Below the pieces are notes generated by a model. It had not been told where the DNA came from. It ran no database searches and was given only the letters and a program-made list of their open reading frames with translations. DNA of 19,245 nucleotides from Planctomycetota bacterium. Lineage in GTDB: Bacteria > Planctomycetota > Planctomycetia > Pirellulales > Lacipirellulaceae. The stretch is from NCBI GenBank assembly GCA_039190745.1, contig JBCCXZ010000064.1:1-19245 (forward strand), in the 5' to 3' direction. Position 1 is the stretch's first letter. Each line of letters begins with the position of its first letter. This document shows, piece after piece, positions 16,551 through 19,245 of the stretch. The position numbers were made by a program, and so were the translations under genes.

Positions 16551-17564
16551 TCAGCGGGCGAGCGTGGCGACGCCGTCGGCGGTGAAGGCGATTTCGAGGT
16601 CGCTGAACTCGGGAGCGGGCAATTCGCCCCGGGAAGCCTGGACGAGGGCGGCGGCGAGGTTGTCGCGGGTGGCCGCGCGGAGGCCAATGTAGGAAGTCGT
16701 GAAGCGGGGGTTTACTTCGATCACGCAGTCGCCCCTGCCGTCGGGTTCTTCGCCGAGCACGAGGTCGACGCCGACGTAGCCGGCGGCGGGGGGGAGGGCA
16801 TCGAGGGCACGCTCGGCGAGCATAGCTGCGCGGCGGTGGAGCGGGCCATCGGCCAGCACGCGGCCGCCGCGGTAAGTGAACCGGCCGTCGGGTGAGAGGT
16901 CTTGCAGGCAGGTGCGCAGGAAGCATCGTCCGGCGGGGCCGGCGATGCACGCGACGCTCGCCGGCGTGCCGGGGATGTAGCGCTCGAGCCGCCGCGGCCA
17001 GGGGTAGGGCGGGGGCTCGTCGCCGGGGCCCTCGACCAGCAGCGTGTGCTGCGAACCGGCGCCGTCGAGCGGTTTTAGGACGCCTGGGTAGTCGAAGCCG
17101 TCTGGCAGGCGTTCGCCGTCCGCTGGGAAGAGCACCGCCGGCGGCGTCGGGACGCCGGCGTCGACTAGCAGCTCGGCGGTGCGTTGTTTGTTCGACGCGG
17201 CGCGTACCAGTGCGTCGCTGGGGCCGAGCAGCGTCGTGCTTGTTTCCCGGACTGCGGCGGCCATCCTGGTTAGGATGCCGTCGAACTCGGGGGCGATGAC
17301 CACCGCGTAGTCGGCCGCAGCGGCCAGGTCTTGGAGCACTTGCCGGTGGTGCGCCTCGGAGTGGACCTCGACCGATTCGACTTCCGGGAGCGGGTCGAGC
17401 CGGACGTCGCGCGTCACGCTGACGCGGGTGCCGTCGAGCGCGGCGAAGTCGGCGGCGACGGCCTGGACCATCGCCTCACCCTCGCGGAAGAGCGACTCGG
17501 GGATGCGGCCCGCCTCTTCGACGAGCCCGCCGCCGGTGACCCATTCGTAGACGAAGACGTGCAT
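16551..17564 (-). CDS. mfnD: ATP-grasp ligase, MfnD-like (tyramine--glutamate ligase family)
   Basis: Likely start ATG 17564: VFVYEWVTGGG...SLFREGEAM, VIAPEFDGIL, LKPLDGAGS, GYVGVDLVL and IEVNPRFTTSY. Confidence 0.8.
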   Translation of the reverse strand: MHVFVYEWVTGGGLVEEAGRIPESLFREGEAMVQAVAADFAALDGTRVSVTRDVRLDPLPEVESVEVHSEAHHRQVLQDLAAAADYAVVIAPEFDGILTRMAAAVRETSTTLLGPSDALVRAASNKQRTAELLVDAGVPTPPAVLFPADGERLPDGFDYPGVLKPLDGAGSQHTLLVEGPGDEPPPYPWPRRLERYIPGTPASVACIAGPAGRCFLRTCLQDLSPDGRFTYRGGRVLADGPLHRRAAMLAERALDALPPAAGYVGVDLVLGEEPDGRGDCVIEVNPRFTTSYIGLRAATRDNLAAALVQASRGELPAPEFSDLEIAFTADGVATLAR

Positions 17565-17590
17565 CGGCGGCCCCGTCTGTGTGGTAGGGG

Positions 17591-17908
17591 TCAAAAGATG
17601 CCGAGTTGGTCGCGGGCGTCGTCGGTCATGCGGTCAGGCGTCCAGGGCGGGTCGAGCACCAGGCGGATGTCGATTTCACCGGCGCCTTCGAGCTTGCCGA
17701 TGGCCTCTTTCGACTGGCTCAAGAGCTGCGGCCCAGCGGGGCAGGCGGGGCTGGTCATCGTCATCTCGACGTCGACGTCGCAGGCGCCGGCCTCGTTGTC
17801 CTTGGCCTTGATCTCGTAGATCAGCCCGAGGTCGACGATGTTGACGAACAGCTCGGGGTCGATGACCGTTTTGAGCGCTTCGCGGATTTTGTCTTCGGCG
17901 ATGGGCAT
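17591..17908 (-). CDS. sufT: DUF59/SufT-like Fe-S assembly factor
   Basis: VIDPELFVNIVDLGLIY, MTMTSPACP and PPWTPDRM. Confidence 0.9.
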   Translation of the reverse strand: MPIAEDKIREALKTVIDPELFVNIVDLGLIYEIKAKDNEAGACDVDVEMTMTSPACPAGPQLLSQSKEAIGKLEGAGEIDIRLVLDPPWTPDRMTDDARDQLGIF

Positions 17909-17920
17909 GGGAGAGCTCCG

Positions 17921-18241
17921 TCAGTTGGCGAGGCGGACCAGGATTTGGTCGCCGTCGACTTTCACTTCGTGGGCCACGGTGGCCTTGGTGGCGGGCATGG
18001 ATTTGGCTGCGCCGGTGGCGAGGTCGAATTTGGCGCCGTGGCGCGGGCACGCGATGGTGCTGCCCTCGGCGTCGACAGGGCCGTCGCTCAGCGGGCCGCC
18101 GTCGTGGGTGCAGACGTCGTCGAGGGCGTAGAAGTGCCCGGCGGCGTGGATCAGCACGACGAGCCGGTCGTCTACCTCGACGAGCGTCGAAGTGCCGTCG
18201 GGAACTTCCGACGCGGTAGCGACGGGAACGAAATCACTCAT
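17921..18241 (-). CDS. Rieske-type [2Fe-2S] ferredoxin
   Basis: CTH...CPRHGAKFD Rieske ligand motifs, 106 aa, directly downstream of sufD. Confidence 0.93.
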   Translation of the reverse strand: MSDFVPVATASEVPDGTSTLVEVDDRLVVLIHAAGHFYALDDVCTHDGGPLSDGPVDAEGSTIACPRHGAKFDLATGAAKSMPATKATVAHEVKVDGDQILVRLAN

Positions 18242-18259
18242 AGCGTGCGCCTCCTGCGC

Positions 18260-19245
18260 TTAGGCCGAGCCGAGCGGCTGCTCGGCGATGTCTCGGACCC
18301 GCTGGCCGATGGCCTCGCCGAGTGCGTCGCGGACGCTTTCGATGGTGATGCGGTCGAACACCTGCTGGAAGAACCCGGCGACGATTGTCCGCACCGCTTC
18401 TTGACGGGTAAAGCCGCGAGTCATGGCGTAGTAGATCAGCTCGTCGTCGACGCGGCCGGAGGTGCTGCCGTGGGTGCAGCGGACGTCGTCGGCCTCGATC
18501 TCCAGGCCCGGGATCGAGTCGGCCCTGGCGGTGGGGGCGAGCATCAGGTTGTCGTTACGCTGGTAGGCGTCGGTCCGCTGGGCGGGCTCGTCGACCTTGA
18601 TCATGCCGCGCCAAACCGTGCGCGAATCGTCCTGCAGGGCGGCCTTGTACAAGAGGTCGCTCCGGCAGAAGGGGGCGCCGTGGTGCTGGTGGGTATTGTA
18701 CGAGAGGTGCTGGCGGCCCTGGGTGAACATGGCGCCGTTGACCTGGGCCGTGGCGTCCTGCCCAACGAGCGAGACGTGCTGGTTGACCTTGGCGAGCTTC
18801 GCCCCGAGGGCGCCGATGGTCCACTGCAGGCTGCCGTTCTGGTCGACTTGGCCTTTTTGGTGGGCGAAGTGCCAGACCGAGTCGCCCCAGTTCTGCAGGT
18901 TCACGTAGCGGAGGTGGGCGTCTTTGCCGACGTAGAGTTCGATGCGCCCGCAGTGCATGGCGCCGGTCTTACTGACACCGGCGGGTTCGGTGCTTGCGGT
19001 CTCCGCGAGGAGCGTTGCCTCTGCCCCGTCCTCCAGAATCACAAGCACGCGGCTGAGGTCGACGCCGCCTTCGGTCACCGCGGTGAGCGAGTGGAGCGGA
19101 CGGTCGACCGCCACGCCCTTTGGGACGTAGAGCAGCGTGCCACCGGCCCAGGCGGCGGCGCCGAGGGCGGAGAACTTGTCGTAGCCGTCGGCCACGAGGG
19201 GCTTGTCGAAGTACGGCTGGAGCAGGTCGCCGTGCGAATGAGCCA
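18260..19245 (-). CDS. sufD: Fe-S cluster assembly protein SufD, 5'-truncated by the window edge
   Basis: Frame open to the window end; SDLLYK, VWRGMIKV, AQRTDAYQ, IPGLEIEADDVRCTHG and YYAMTRG. Confidence 0.92.
   Translation of the reverse strand, partial: AHSHGDLLQPYFDKPLVADGYDKFSALGAAAWAGGTLLYVPKGVAVDRPLHSLTAVTEGGVDLSRVLVILEDGAEATLLAETASTEPAGVSKTGAMHCGRIELYVGKDAHLRYVNLQNWGDSVWHFAHQKGQVDQNGSLQWTIGALGAKLAKVNQHVSLVGQDATAQVNGAMFTQGRQHLSYNTHQHHGAPFCRSDLLYKAALQDDSRTVWRGMIKVDEPAQRTDAYQRNDNLMLAPTARADSIPGLEIEADDVRCTHGSTSGRVDDELIYYAMTRGFTRQEAVRTIVAGFFQQVFDRITIESVRDALGEAIGQRVRDIAEQPLGSA

Overview
High-GC bacterial chromosomal segment, most likely from a planctomycete (inferred from the DUF1598-like gene and archaeal-type C1-cofactor genes). 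From left to right it contains: the end of a Mn/Fe/Zn ABC importer operon in which both permeases carry a C-terminal DtxR/MntR-like domain; a ~600 bp repeat-rich intergenic region with a boxA-like motif; a secreted hypothetical protein; a DUF1598-like exported protein divergent from an FHA-GAF-AAA+-HTH sigma54 activator; an orphan cheX; ndk; nfo; a small accessory islet (low-GC PD-(D/E)xK-like gene, membrane protein, DUF4304-like protein) interleaved with palindromic repeats; a delta-9-type fatty acid desaturase; and a minus-strand run sufD - Rieske ferredoxin - SufT/DUF59 - mfnD - mfnF - mfnE (methanofuran-type biosynthesis homologues). Three REP/REPIN-like palindrome families with compensatory base changes are visible. 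No rRNA, tRNA, CRISPR array, transposase or integrase was found. The best candidate for an under-described system is the transporter with two asymmetric membrane-tethered DtxR-like domains. All family assignments are from motif recognition by eye, not database searches.
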